NCBI GenBank assembly: GCA_030390025.1
Contig: CM059452.1
Span: 6,510,001-6,574,000 of the forward strand
Length of the DNA: 64,000 bases
Source of the DNA: Squalus acanthias
Lineage: Eukaryota
Direction of reading: 5' to 3'
Shown in pieces: positions 33,988 through 48,900 of the stretch. The position numbers and the translations under genes are program-made. Position 1 is the first letter of the stretch, and every line of letters begins with the position of its first letter. Below the pieces are notes generated by a model. The model was given only the letters and a program-made list of their open reading frames with translations. It was not told the origin of the DNA and ran no database searches.

Positions 33988-36900
33988 CTGAGATAAGGCC
34001 TATTACAATATAAACAAAGTAAAGGGCAGTAACAAATAAGGCAGGGCCCAGTGCAATAATTACTGATACAGCGACTAGTGTAATATAAACTGAGGCAGGG
34101 TCTCGTGTAATATAAACAGAGACAGGGTCTAGTGCAATAATAACTAAGACGGGGCCTAGTGTAATATAAACAGAGACAGGGTCTGGTGTAATATAAACTG
34201 AAACAGGGCCTAGTGTAATATAAACAGAGACAAGGTCTAGTGCAGTAATAACTGAGACAGGGCCTAGGGTAATATAAACAGATATAGGACCTAGGGTAAT
34301 ATAAACAGAGACTGGGTGTAGTGTAATATAAACAGAGACAGGGTCTAGTGAAATATAAACAGAGACTGGGTGTAGTGTAATATAAACAGGGACAGGGTCT
34401 AGTGTATTATAAACAGAGATAGGGTCTAGTGTAATATAAACAGAGACAGTGTCTAGTGTAATATAAACAGAGACAGTGTATAGTGTAATATAAACAGAGA
34501 CAGTGTCTAGTGTAATATAAACAGAGACAGGTTCTAGTGTAATATAAACAGAGACAGGGTCTAGTGTAATATAAACAGAGACCGGGTCTAGTGTAATATA
34601 AACTGAAACAGGGCCTAGTGTAAAATAAACAGAGACGAGGTCTAGTGCAGTAATAACTGATACAGGGCCTAGTTTAATATAAACAGATATAGGGCCTAGT
34701 GTAATATAAACAGAGACAGGGTCTAGTGTAATATAAACAGACACAGGGTCTAGGGTAATATAAACAGAGACAGGTTCTAGTGTAATATAAACAGAGGCAG
34801 GGTCTAGTGTAATATAAAGAGAGACCGGGTCTAGTGTAATATAAACAGAGACAGGGTCTAGTGTAATATAAACTGAGTGAAGGTCTAGTGTAATATCAAC
34901 AGAGACAGGGTCTAATGCAATATAAACAGTGACAAGGTCTAGTGCAGTAATAACTGAGACAAAAACTATTGTAATATAAACAGAGACAGGGTCTAGTGTA
35001 ATGTAAACAGAGACAGGGTCGAGTGTAATATAAACAGAGACAGGGTCTAGTGTAATATAAACAGAGACAGGGTCTCGTGTAATATAAACAGAGACAAGTT
35101 CCAGTATAATATAAACAGAGACAGGATCGAGTGTAATATAAACTGAGACAGGAACTAGTGAAATATAAACAGAGACAGGGTCTAGAGTAATATAAACAGA
35201 GACAGGGTCTAGTGTAATATAATTACAGACAGGGTCCAGTGTAATATAAATAGAGACAGGATCTAGTGTAATATAAACAGAGACAGGGTCTCGTGTAATA
35301 TAAACAGAGACAGGGTATATTATAATATAAACACAGACAGGGTCTAGTGTAATATAAACAGAGATAGGAACTAGTGTAATATAAACAGAGAAACGGTCTA
35401 GTGTAATATAAACAGAGACAGGGTCTAGTGTAATATAAACATAAACAGGATCTAGTGTAATATAAACTGAGTGAATGTCTAGTGTAATATCAACAGAGAC
35501 AGGGTCTAGTGCATTATAAACAGTGACAAGGTCGAGTGCAGTAATAACTGATACAGTATCTAATGTAATATAAACAGAGACAGGGTCTAGTGTAATATAA
35601 ACAGAGACAGGGTCTAGTGTAATATAAACAGAGACAGGGTCTCGTGTAATATAAACAGAGACAGGGTCCAGTATAATGGGCCGAAAATTGATCCCGGGAC
35701 GCGAGAGTACGCACTGCATACTCTCGCGTATTCCCACTCCAATTGCCGGTTTTCTGCATGCCCTGCGCATGCGCTGAAAACCGGCAATTGCTCTTCCGAA
35801 AAGGGGGCGTGGCCTGAGTGCATAGCGTGCGCGCTACAGGCTGCGCGCACGCTGTGCACTTCATGCTTTGGACGCGCAGGTAAGTAGGGAAGATTTTGGA
35901 AATGTAAAAAGGAGGAGTAAGACCCGCTTTTAAGAAGGTAAGTAGTGAATTAAGTATTTTTTTGAATTTTTTTTTACAGGTATATCTTTTTTATAGACTT
36001 TAAAGACAGGTAAGTTTATTTTTATAACTTTTTAAAAGATTTTAAATTTTTTCAAAAATTTAATTTTTTATTTAAAATGGTTAATTTAATTAACTATACT
36101 TATTTTATTAATGTGATGGTTTTTTTTTAATTTAATTGAGGTTTAGCTGTTATTTTGGGGGGTGTAAGATTCATAAGTCTCACAGCCATGCTCTGAGACT
36201 TATGAATGGAAGATGGTGTGCTGCCATTGGCTCTAACTGAGTCACGTGATCCCACAGCTCGCACGAATTAACTGCGCCGCTGGGATACGCAAGCCCAGCA
36301 CAGCTGATGTCTGGAACATCAAGTTCGTGCGAGCTGGATCAGAAAAATCATAAGCGAGGTGAGACATCGCGGGGAAGGCTTACCCCCGCGGGAAAAGAGC
36401 GAGATCAATTTCTGGGCCAATATAAACAGAGACAGGATCTAGTGTAATATAAACTGAGTCAGGAACTAGTGTAATATCAACAGAGACCGGGTCGAGTGTA
36501 ATGTAAACAGAGACAGGGTCTAGTGTAATATAAACAGAGACCGGGTCTAGTGTAATATAAACAGAGACAGGGTCCAGCTTAATATAAACAGAGACAGGAT
36601 CTAGTGTAATATAAACAGAGACAGAGTCTAGTGTAATATGAACAGTAACTGGGTCGAATGCAGTAATAACTGAGACAGGCTCTAGTGTGTTATAAACAGA
36701 GACATGGTCTAGTGCATTAATAACTGAGACAGGAACTATTGCAATATTAGCAGTGATATGGTCTAGTGTAATGTAAACAGAGACAGTGTCTCGAGCAGTA
36801 ATAACTGAGACAGGGTCTAGTGTAATATAAATAGGGACAAGTTCTAGTGCAGTAATAACTGAGACAGGGTCTAGTTTAATATAAACACAGACAGGTTCTA

Positions 36901-39900
36901 GTGCAGTAATAACTGAGACAGGGCCTCGTGTAATATAAACAGTGAAAAGGTCTAGTGCAGTAATAACTGAGACAGTGTCTAATGTAATATAAACAGAGAC
37001 AGGGTCTAGTGTAATATAAACAGAGACAGGGTCCAGTATAATATAAACAGTGACAGGATCTAGTGTAATATAAACTAAGACAGGAACTTGTGTAATATAA
37101 ACAGTGAAACGGTCTAGTGTAATATAAACAGAGACAGGGTCTAGTGTGATATAAACAGAGACAGGGTCTGGTGTAATATAAACAGAGACAGGGTCTAGTG
37201 TAATATAAACAGAGAGAGGGTCTAGTGTAATATAAACAGAGACAGGGTCTAGTGTAATATAAACAGAGACAGGGTCTAGTGTAATATAAACAGAGACAGG
37301 GTCTAGAGTAATATAAACAGAAACAAGGTCTACTGCAGTAATAACTGAGACAGGGCCTAGTGTAATATAAACAGACACAGGGTCTAGTGCAGTATAAACA
37401 GAGACAGGGTCCAGTGTAACTTCAACAGAGACAGGATCTAGTGTAATATAAACAGAGACTGGGTCTCGTGTAATATAAACAGAGACAGGGTCCAGTATAA
37501 TATAAACAGCGACAGGATCTAGTGTAATATAAACTGAGACAGTAACTTGTGTAATATAAACAGTGAAACGGTCTAGTGTAATATAAACGGAGACAGGGTC
37601 CAGTGTAATATAAATACAGACAGGGTCTAGTGTAATATAAACAGAGACAGGGTCTAGTGTAAGATAAACAGAGATAGGAACTAGTGTAATATAAACAGAG
37701 AAACGGTCTAGTGTAATATAAACAGAGACAGGATCTAGTGTAATATAAAAATAGACATGATCGAGTGTAATATAAACTGAGTCAAGTTCTAGTGTAATAT
37801 CAACAGAGACATGATCTAGTGCAATATAAACAGTGACAAGGTCTAGTGCAGTAATAACTGAAACAGTGTCAAATGTAATATAAACAGAGACAGGGTCTAG
37901 TGTAATATAAACAGAGACAGGATCTAGTGTAATATAAACAGAGACAGGGTCTAGTGTAATATAAACAGTGACAAGGTCTAGTGCAGTAATAACTGAGACA
38001 GTGACTAATTTAATATAAACAGAGACAGGGTCTAGTGTAATATAAACAGAGACAGGGTCTAGTGTAATATAAACACAGACAGGGTCTAGTGTAATATAAA
38101 CAGAGACAGGGTCTATTATAATATAAACAGAGACAGGGTCTAGTGTAAGATAAACAGAGACAGGATCTAGTGTAATATAAAAATAGACATGATCTAGTGT
38201 AATATAAACTGAGTCAAGTTCTAGTGTAATATCAACAGAGACATGATCTAGTGCAATATAAACAGTGACAAGGTCTAGTGCAGTAATAACTGAAACAGTG
38301 TCTAATGTAATATAAACAGAGACAGGGTCTAGTGTAATATAAACAGAGACAGGGTCTAGTGTAATATAAACACAGACAGGGTCTAGTGTAATATAAACAG
38401 AGACAGGGTCTATTATAATATAAACAGAGACAGGGTCTAGTGTAAGATAAACAGAGATAGGAACTAGTGTAATATAAACAGAGAAACGGTCTAGTGTAAT
38501 ATAAACAGAGACAGGATCTAGTGTAATATAAAAATAGACATGATCTAGTGTAATATAAACTGAGTCAAGTTCTAGTGTAATATCAACAGAGACATGATCT
38601 AGTGCAATATAAACAGTGACAAGGTCTAGTTCAGTAATAACTGAAACAGTGTCTAATGTAATATAAACAGAGACAGGGTCTAGTGTAATATAAACAGAGA
38701 CAGGGTCTAGTGTAATATAAACAGAGACAGGGCCCAGTGTAATATAAACAGAGACAGGATCTAGTGTAATATAAACAGAGACAGAGTCTAGTGTAATGTA
38801 AACAGTGACTGGGTCGAATGCAGTTATAACTGAGACAGGCTCTAGTGTGTTATAAACAGAGACAGGGTCTAGTGCAGCAATAAATGAGACAGGGCCTCGT
38901 GTAATATAAACAGTGACAAGGTCTAGTGCAGAAATAACTGAGACAGTGTCTAATGTAACATGAACAGAGACAGGGTCTAGTGTAATATAAACAGAGACAG
39001 GGTCTAGTGTAATGTAAACAGAGACAGGGTCTAGTGTAATATAAGCAGAGACCGTGTCTAGTGTAATATAAACAGCGACAGGATCTAGTGTAATATAAAC
39101 AGAGACAGAGTCTAGTGTAATATGAACAGTGACTGGGTCGAATGCAGTAATAACTGAGACAGGCTCTAGTGTGTTTTAAACAGAGACAGGGTCTAGTGCA
39201 GTAATAACTGAGACAGGGCCTCGTGTAATATAAACAGAGACCTGGTCCAGTGCAGTAATAACTGAGACAGGGCCTCGTGTAATATAAACAGAAACGGGTT
39301 CTAGTGCACTAATAACTGAGACAGGAACTATTGTAATATTAGCAGTGATATGGTCTAGTGTAATGTAAACAGAGACAGGGTCTCGTGCAGTAATAACTGA
39401 GACAGGGTCTAGTTTAATATAAACACAGACAGGTTCTAGTGCAGTAAAAACTGAGACAGGGCCTCGTGTAATATAAACAGTGACAAGGTCTAGTGCAATA
39501 ATAACTGAGACAGCGCCTCGTGTAATATAAACAGAAACAGGTTCTAGTGCTGTAATAAATGAGACAGGAACTATTGTAATATTAGCAGTGATATGGTCTC
39601 GTGTAACGTAAACAGAGACAGGGTCTCGTGCAGTAATAACAGAGACAGGGTCTAGTGTAATATAAATAGGGACAGGTTCTAGTGCAGTGATAACTGAGAC
39701 AGGGTCTAGTTTAATATAAACACAGACATGTTCCAGTGCAGTAATAACTGAGACAGGGCCTCGTGTAATATAAACAGTGACAAGGTCTAGTGCAGTAATA
39801 ACTGAGACAGTGACTAATTTAATATAAACAGAGACAGGGTCTAGTGTGATATAAACAGAGACAGGGTCTAGTGTAACATAAACAGGGACAGGGTCTAGTG

Positions 39901-42900
39901 TAATATAAACAGAGACCGGGTCTAGTGTAATATAAACAGAGACAGGGTCCAGTTTAATATAAACAGATACAGGATCTAGTGTAATATAAACAGAGACAGA
40001 GTCTAGTGTAATATGAACAGTGACTGGGTCGAATGCAGTAATAACTGAGACATGCTCTAGTGTGTTATAAACAGAGACACGGTCTAGTGCAGTAATAACT
40101 GAGACAGCGCCTCGTGTACTATAAACAGAAACAGGTTCTAGTGCTGTAATAAATGAGACAGGAACTATTGTAATATTAGCAGTGATATGGTCTAGTGTAA
40201 CGTAAACAGAGACAGTGTCTCGTGCAGTAACAACAGAGACAGAGTCTAGTGTAATATAAATAGGGACAGGTTCTAGTGCAGTAATAACTGAGACAGGGTC
40301 TAGTTTAATATAAACACAGACATGTTCTAGTGCAGTAATAACTGAGACAGGGCCTCGTGTAATATAAACAGTGACAAGGTCTAGTGCAGTAATAACTGAG
40401 ACAGTGACTAATTTAATATAAACAGAGACAGGGTTTGGTGTGATATAAACAGAGACAGGGTCTAGTGTAATATAAACAGAGACAGGGTCTAGTGTAATAA
40501 AAACAGAGACAGGGTCTAGTGTAACATAAACAGAGACAGGGTCTAGTGTAATATAAACAGAGACAGGGTCTAGAGTAATATAAACAGAGACAGGGTCTAG
40601 AGTAATATAAACAGAAACAAGGTCTACTGCAGTAATAACTGAGACAGGGCCTAGTGTAATATAAACAGACACAGAGTCTAGTGCAGTATAAACAGAGACA
40701 GGGTCCAGTGTAACTTCAACAGAGACAGGATCTAGTGTAATATAAACAGAGACTGGGTCTCGTGTAATATAAACAGAGACAGGGTCCAGTATAATATAAA
40801 CAGTGACAGGATCTAGTGTAATATAAACTGAGACAGGAACTTGTGTAATATAAACAGTGAAACGGTCTAGTGTAATATAAACGGAGACAGGGTCTAGTGT
40901 AATATAAATACAGACAGGGTCTAGTGTAATATAAACAGAGACAGGGTCTAGTGTAAGATAAACAGAGATAGGAACTAGTGTAATATAAACAGAGAAACGG
41001 TCTAGTGTAATATAAACAGAGACAGGATCTAGTGTAATATAAAAATAGACATGATCTAGTGTAATATAAACTGAGTCAAGTTCTAGTGTAATATCAACAG
41101 AGACATGATCTAGTGCAATATAAACAGTGACAAGGTCTAGTGCAGTAATAACTGAAACAGTGTCTAATGTAATATAAACAGAGACAGGGTCTAGTGTAAT
41201 ATAAACAGAGACAGGATCTAGTGTAATATAAACAGAGACAGGGTCTAGTGTAATATAAACAGTGACAAGGTCTAGTGCAGTAATAACTGAGACAGTGACT
41301 AATTTAATATAAACAGAGACAGGGTCTAGTGTAATATAAACAGAGACAGGGTCTAGTGTAATATAAACACAGACATGATCTAGTGTAATATAAACTGAGT
41401 CAAGTTCTAGTGTAATATCAACAGAGACATGATCTAGTGCAATATAAACAGTGACAAGGTCTAGTGCAGTAATAACTGAAACAGTGTCTAATGTAATATA
41501 AACAGAGACAGGGTCTAGTGTAATATAAACAGAGACAGGGTCTAGTGTAATATAAACACAGACAGGGTCTAGTGTAATATAAACAGAGACAGGGTCTATT
41601 ATAATATAAACAGAGACAGGGTCTAGTGTAAGATAAACAGAGATAGGAACTAGTGTAATATAAACAGAGAAACGGTCTAGTGTAATATAAACAGAGACAG
41701 GATCTAGTGTAATATAAAAATAGACATGATCTAGTGTAATATAAACTGAGTCAAGTTCTAGTGTAATATCAACAGAGACATGATCTAGTGCAATATAAAC
41801 AGTGACAAGGTCTAGTTCAGTAATAACTGAAACAGTGTCTAATGTAATATAAACAGAGACAGGGTCTAGTGTAATATAAACAGAGACAGGGTCTAGTGTA
41901 ATATAAACAGAGACAGGGCCCAGTGTAATATAAACAGAGACAGGATCTAGTGTAATATAAACAGAGACAGAGTCTAGTGTAATGTAAACAGTAACTGGGT
42001 CGAATGCAGTTATAACTGAGACAGGCTCTAGTGTGTTATAAACAGAGACAGGGTCTAGTGCAGCAATAAATGAGACAGGGCCTCGTGTAATATAAACAGT
42101 GACAAGGTCTAGTGCAGAAATAACTGAGACAGTGTCTAATGTAACATGAACAGAGACAGGGTCTAGTGTAATATAAACAGAGACAGGGTCTAGTGTAATG
42201 TAAACAGAGACAGGGTCTAGTGTAATATAAGCAGAGACCGTGTCTAGTGTAATATAAACAGCGACAGGATCTAGTGTAATATAAACAGAGACAGAGTCTA
42301 GTGTAATATGAACAGTGACTGGGTCGAATGCAGTAATAACTGAGACAGGCTCTAGTGTGTTTTAAACAGAGACAGGGTCTAGTGCAGTAATAACTGAGAC
42401 AGGGCCTCGTGTAATATAAACAGAGACCTGGTCCAGTGCAGTAATAACTGAGACAGGGCCTCGTGTAATATAAACAGAAACGGGTTCTAGTGCACTAATA
42501 ACTGAGACAGGAACTATTGTAATATTAGCAGTGATATGGTCTAGTGTAATGTAAACAGAGACAGGGTCTCGTGCAGTAATAACTGAGACAGGGTCTAGTT
42601 TAATATAAACACAGACAGGTTCTAGTGCAGTAAAAACTGAGACAGGGCCTCGTGTAATATAAACAGTGACAAGGTCTAGTGCAATAATAACTGAGACAGC
42701 GCCTCGTGTAATATAAACAGAAACAGGTTCTAGTGCTGTAATAAATGAGACAGGAACTATTGTAATATTAGCAGTGATATGGTCTCGTGTAACGTAAACA
42801 GAGACAGGGTCTCGTGCAGTAATAACAGAGACAGGGTCTAGTGTAATATAAATAGGGACAGGTTCTAGTGCAGTGATAACTGAGACAGGGTCTAGTTTAA

Positions 42901-45900
42901 TATAAACACAGACATGTTCCAGTGCAGTAATAACTGAGACAGGGCCTCGTGTAATATAAACAGTGACAAGGTCTAGTGCAGTAATAACTGAGACAGTGAC
43001 TAATTTAATATAAACAGAGACAGGGTCTAGTGTGATATAAACAGAGACAGGGTCTAGTGTAACATAAACAGGGACAGGGTCTAGTGTAATATAAACAGAG
43101 ACCGGGTCTAGTGTAATATAAACAGAGACAGGGTCCAGTTTAATATAAACAGATACAGGATCTAGTGTAATATAAACAGAGACAGAGTCTAGTGTAATAT
43201 GAACAGTGACTGGGTCGAATGCAGTAATAACTGAGACAGGCTCTAGTGTGTTATAAACAGAGACACGGTCTAGTGCAGTAATAACTGAGACAGCGCCTCG
43301 TGTACTATAAACAGAAACAGGTTCTAGTGCTGTAATAAATGAGACAGGAACTATTGTAATATTAGCAGTGATATGGTCTAGTGTAACGTAAACAGAGACA
43401 GTGTCTCGTGCAGTAACAACAGAGACAGAGTCTAGTGTAATATAAATAGGGACAGGTTCTAGTGCAGTAATAACTGAGACAGGGTCTAGTTTAATATAAA
43501 CACAGACATGTTCTAGTGCAGTAATAACTGAGACAGGGCCTCGTGTAATATAAACAGTGACAAGGTCTAGTGCAGTAATAACTGAGACAGTGACTAATTT
43601 AATATAAACAGAGACAGGGTTTGGTGTGATATAAACAGAGACAGGGTCTAGTGTAATATAAACAGAGACAGGGTCTAGTGTAATAAAAACAGAGACAGGG
43701 TCTAGTGTAACATAAACAGAGACAGGGTCTAGTGTAATATAAACAGAGACAGGGTCTAGAGTAATATAAACAGAGACAGGGTCTAGAGTAATATAAACAG
43801 AAACAAGGTCTACTGCAGTAATAACTGAGACAGGGCCTAGTGTAATATAAACAGACACAGAGTCTAGTGCAGTATAAACAGAGACAGGGTCCAGTGTAAC
43901 TTCAACAGAGACAGGATCTAGTGTAATATAAACAGAGACTGGGTCTCGTGTAATATAAACAGAGACAGGGTCCAGTATAATATAAACAGTGACAGGATCT
44001 AGTGTAATATAAACTGAGACAGGAACTTGTGTAATATAAACAGTGAAACGGTCTAGTGTAATATAAACGGAGACAGGGTCTAGTGTAATATAAATACAGA
44101 CAGGGTCTAGTGTAATATAAACAGAGACAGGGTCTAGTGTAAGATAAACAGAGATAGGAACTAGTGTAATATAAACAGAGAAACGGTCTAGTGTAATATA
44201 AACAGAGACAGGATCTAGTGTAATATAAAAATAGACATGATCTAGTGTAATATAAACTGAGTCAAGTTCTAGTGTAATATCAACAGAGACATGATCTAGT
44301 GCAATATAAACAGTGACAAGGTCTAGTGCAGTAATAACTGAAACAGTGTCTAATGTAATATAAACAGAGACAGGGTCTAGTGTAATATAAACAGAGACAG
44401 GGTCTAGTGTAATATAAACACAGACAGGGTCTAGTGTAATATAAACAGAGACAGGGTCTAATTTAACGTAAACAGAGACAGGGTCTAGTGTAATATAAAC
44501 AGAGACAGGGTTTAGAGTAATATAAACAGAAACAAGTTCTACCGCAGTAATAACTGAGACAGGGCCTAGTGTAATATAAACAGACACAGGGTCTAGTGCA
44601 ATATAAACAGAGACAGGGTCTCGTGTAATATAAACAGAGACAGGGTCCAGTATAATATAAACAGAGACAGGATCTAGTGTAATATAAACTGAGTCAGGAA
44701 CTAGTGTAATATCAACAGAGACCGGGTCGAGTGTAATGTGAACAGAGACAGGGTCTAGTGTAATATAAACAGAGACCGGGTCTAGTGTAATATAAACAGA
44801 GACAGGGTCCAGTTTAATATAAACAGAGACAGGATCTAGTGTAATATAAACAGAGACAGAATCTAGCGTAATATGAACAGTGACTGGGTCGAATGCAGTA
44901 ATAACTGAGACAGGCTCTAGTGTGTTATAAACAGAGACATGGTCTAGTGCAGTAATAACTGAGACAGGAACTATTGTAATATTAGCAGTGATATGGTCTA
45001 GTGTAATGTAAACAGAGACAGTGTCTCGAGCAGTAATAACTGAGACAGGGTCTAGTGTAATATAAACAGAGACAGGGTCTAGTGTAATATAAACAGAGAC
45101 AGGGTCTAGAGTAATATAAACAGAGACAGGGTCTAGAGTAATATAAACAGAAACAAGGTCTACTGCAGTAATAACTGAGACAGGGCCTAGTGTAATATAA
45201 ACAGACACAGAGTCTAGTGCAGTATAAACAGAGACAGGGTCCAGTGTAAATTCAACAGAGACAGGATCTAGTGTAATATAAACAGTGACAAGGTCTAGTG
45301 CAGTAATAACTGAGACAGTGACTAATTTAATATAAACAGAGACAGGGTCTAGTGTGATATAAACAGAGACAGGGTCTAGTGTAATATAAACACAGACAGG
45401 GTCTAGTGTAATATAAACAGAGACAGGGTCTAGTGTAATATAAACAGAGACAGGGTCTAGTGTAATATAAACAGAGACAGGGTCTAGAGTAATATAAACA
45501 GAAACAAGTTCTACCGCAGTAATAACTGAGACAGGGCCTAGTGTAATATAAACAGACACAGGGTCTAGTGCAATATAAACAGAGACAGGGTCTCGTGTAA
45601 TATAAACAGAGACAGGGTCCAGTATAATATAAACAGAGACAGGATCTAGTGTAATATAAACTGAGTCAGGAACTAATGTAATATCAACAGAGACCGGGTC
45701 GAGTGTAATGTGAACAGAGACAGGGTCTAGTGTAATATAAACAGAGACCGGGTCTAGTGTAATATAAACAGAGACAGGGTCCAGTTTAATATAAACAGAG
45801 ACAGGATCTAGTGTAATATAAACAGAGACAGAGTCTAGTGTAATATGAACAGTGACTGGGTCGAATGCAGTAATAACTGAGACAGGCTCTAGTGTGTTAT

Positions 45901-48900
45901 AAACAGAGACATGGTCTAGTGCAGTAATAACTGAGACAGGAACTATTGTAATATTAGCAGTGATATGGTCTAGTGTAATGTAAACAGAGACAGTGTCTCG
46001 AGCAGTAATAACTGAGACAGGGTCTAGTGTAATATAAATAGGGACAAGTTCTAGTGCAGTTAGAACTGAGACAGGGTCTAGTTTAATATAAACACAGACA
46101 GGTTCTAGTGCAGTAATAACTGAGACAGGGCCTCGTGTAATATAAACAGTGACAAGGTCTAGTGCAGTAATAACTGAGACAGTGTCTAATGTAATATAAA
46201 CAGAGACAGGGTCTAGTGTAATATTTAACAGAGACAGGGTCCAGTATAATATAAACAGTGACAGGATCTAGTGTAATATAAACTGAGAGAGGAACTTGTG
46301 TAATATGAACAGTGAAACGGTCTAGTGTAATATAAACGGAGACAGGGTCTAGTGTAATATAAATACAGACAGGGTCTAGTGTAATATAAATAGAGACAGG
46401 ATCTAGTGTAATATAAACAGAGACAGGGTCTAGTGTAATACAAACAGAGACAGGGTCTATTAAAATATAAACAGAGACAGGGTCTAGTGTAAGATAAACA
46501 GAGATAGGAACTAGTGTAATATAAACAGAGAAACGGTCTAGTGTAATATAAACAGAGACAGGATCTAGTGTAATATAAAAATAGACATGATCGAGTGTAA
46601 TATAAACTGAGTCAAGTTCTAGTGTAATATCAACAGAGACATGATCTAGTGCAATATAAACAGTGACAAGGTCTAGTGCAGTAATAACTGAAACAGTGTC
46701 TAATGTAATATAAACAGAGACAGGGTCTAGTGTAATATAAACAGAGACAGGGTCTAGTGTAATATAAACACAGACAGGGTCTAGTGTAATATAAACAGAG
46801 ACAGGGTCCAGTGTAATATAAACAGAGACAGGATCTAGTGTAATATAAACAGAGACAGAGTCTTGTGTAATATAAACAGTGACTGGGTCGAATGCAGTTA
46901 TAACTGAGACAGGCTCTAGTGTGTTATAAACAGAGACAGGGTCTAGTGCAGTAATAAATGAGACAGGGCCTCGTGTAATATAAACAGTGACAAGGTCTAG
47001 TGCAGAAATAACTGAGACAGTGTCTAATGTAATATGAACAGAGACAGGGTCTAGTGTAATATAAACAGAGACAGGGTCTAGTGTAATGTAAACAGAGACA
47101 GGGTCTAGTGTAATATAAGCAGAGACCGTGTCTAGTGTAATATAAACAGCGACAGGGTCCAGTGTAATATAAACAGAGACAGGATCTAGTGTAATATAAA
47201 CAGAGACAGAGTCTAGTGTAATATGAACAGTGACTGGGTCGAATGCAGTAATAACTGAGACAGGCTCTAGTGTGTTATAAACAGAGACAGGGTCTAGTGC
47301 AGTAATAACTGAGACAGGGCCTCGTGTAATATAAACGGAGACCTGGTCCAGTGCAGTAATAACTGAGACAGGGCCTCGTGTAATATAAACAGAAACAGGT
47401 TCTAGTGCACTAATAACTGAGATAGGAACTATTGTAATATTAGCAGTGATATGGTCTAGTGTAATGTAAACAGAGACAGGGTCTCGTGCAGTAATAACTG
47501 AGACAGGGTCTAGTTTAATATAAACACAGACAGGTTCTAGTGCAGTAAAAACTGAGACAGGGCCTCGTGTAATATAAACAGTGACAAGGTCTAGTGCAGT
47601 AATAACTGAGACAGCGCCTCGTGTAATATAAACAGAAACAGGTTCTAGTGCTGTAATAAATGAGACAGGAACTATTGTAATATTAGCAGTGATATGGTCT
47701 AGTGTAACGTAAACAGAGACAGGGTCTCGTGCAGTAATAACAGAGACAGGGTCTAGTGTAATATAAATAGGGACAGGTTCTAGTGCAGTAATAACTGAGA
47801 CAGGGTCTAGTTTAATATAAACACAGACATGTTCCAGTGCAGTAATAACTGAGACAGGGCCTCGTGTAATATAAACAGTGACAAGGTCTAGTGCAGTAAT
47901 AACTGAGACAGTGACTAATTTAATATAAACAGAGACAGGGTCTAGTGTGATATAAACAGAGACAGGGTCTAGTGTAATACAAACAGAGACAGGGTCTAGT
48001 GTAATATAAACAGAGACCGGGTCTAGTGTAATATAAACAGAGACAGGGTCCAGTTTAATATAAACAGATACAGGATCTAGTGTAATATAAACAGAGACAG
48101 AGTCTAGTGTAATATGAACAGTGACTGGGTCGAATGCAGTAATAACTGAGACAGGCTCTAGTGTGTTATAAACAGAGACACGGTCTAGTGCAGTAATAAC
48201 TGAGACACCGCCTCGTGTAATATAAACAGAAACAGGTTCTAGTGCTGTAATAAATGAGACAGGAACTATTGTAATATTAGCAGTGATATGGTCTAGTGTA
48301 ACGTAAACAGAGACAGGGTCTCGTGCAGTAATAACAGAGACAGAGTCTAGTGTAATATAAATAGGGACAGGTTCTAGTGCAGTAATAACTGAGACAGGGT
48401 CTAGTTTAATATAAACACAGACATGTTCTAGTGCAGTAATAACTGAGAAAGGGCCTCGTGTAATATAAACAGTGACAAGGTCTAGTGCAGTAATAACTGA
48501 GACAGTGACTAATTTTATATAAACAGAGACAGGGTCTAGTGTGATATAAACAGAGACAGGGTCTAGTGTAATATAAACAGAGACAGGGTCTAGTGTAATA
48601 TAAACAGAGACAGGGTCTAGTGTAATATAAACAGAGACAGGGTCTAGTGTAACTTCAACAGAGACAGGATCTAGTGTAATATAAACAGAGACTGGGTCTC
48701 GTGTAATATAAACAGAGACAGGGTCCAGTATAATATAAACAGTGACAGGATCTAGTGTAATATAAACTGAGACAGGAACTTGTGTAATATAAACAGTGAA
48801 ACGGTCTAGTGTAATATAAACGGAGACAGGGTCTAGTGTAATATAAATACAGACAGGGTCTAGTGTAATATAAACAGAGACAGGGTCTAGTGTAAGATAA

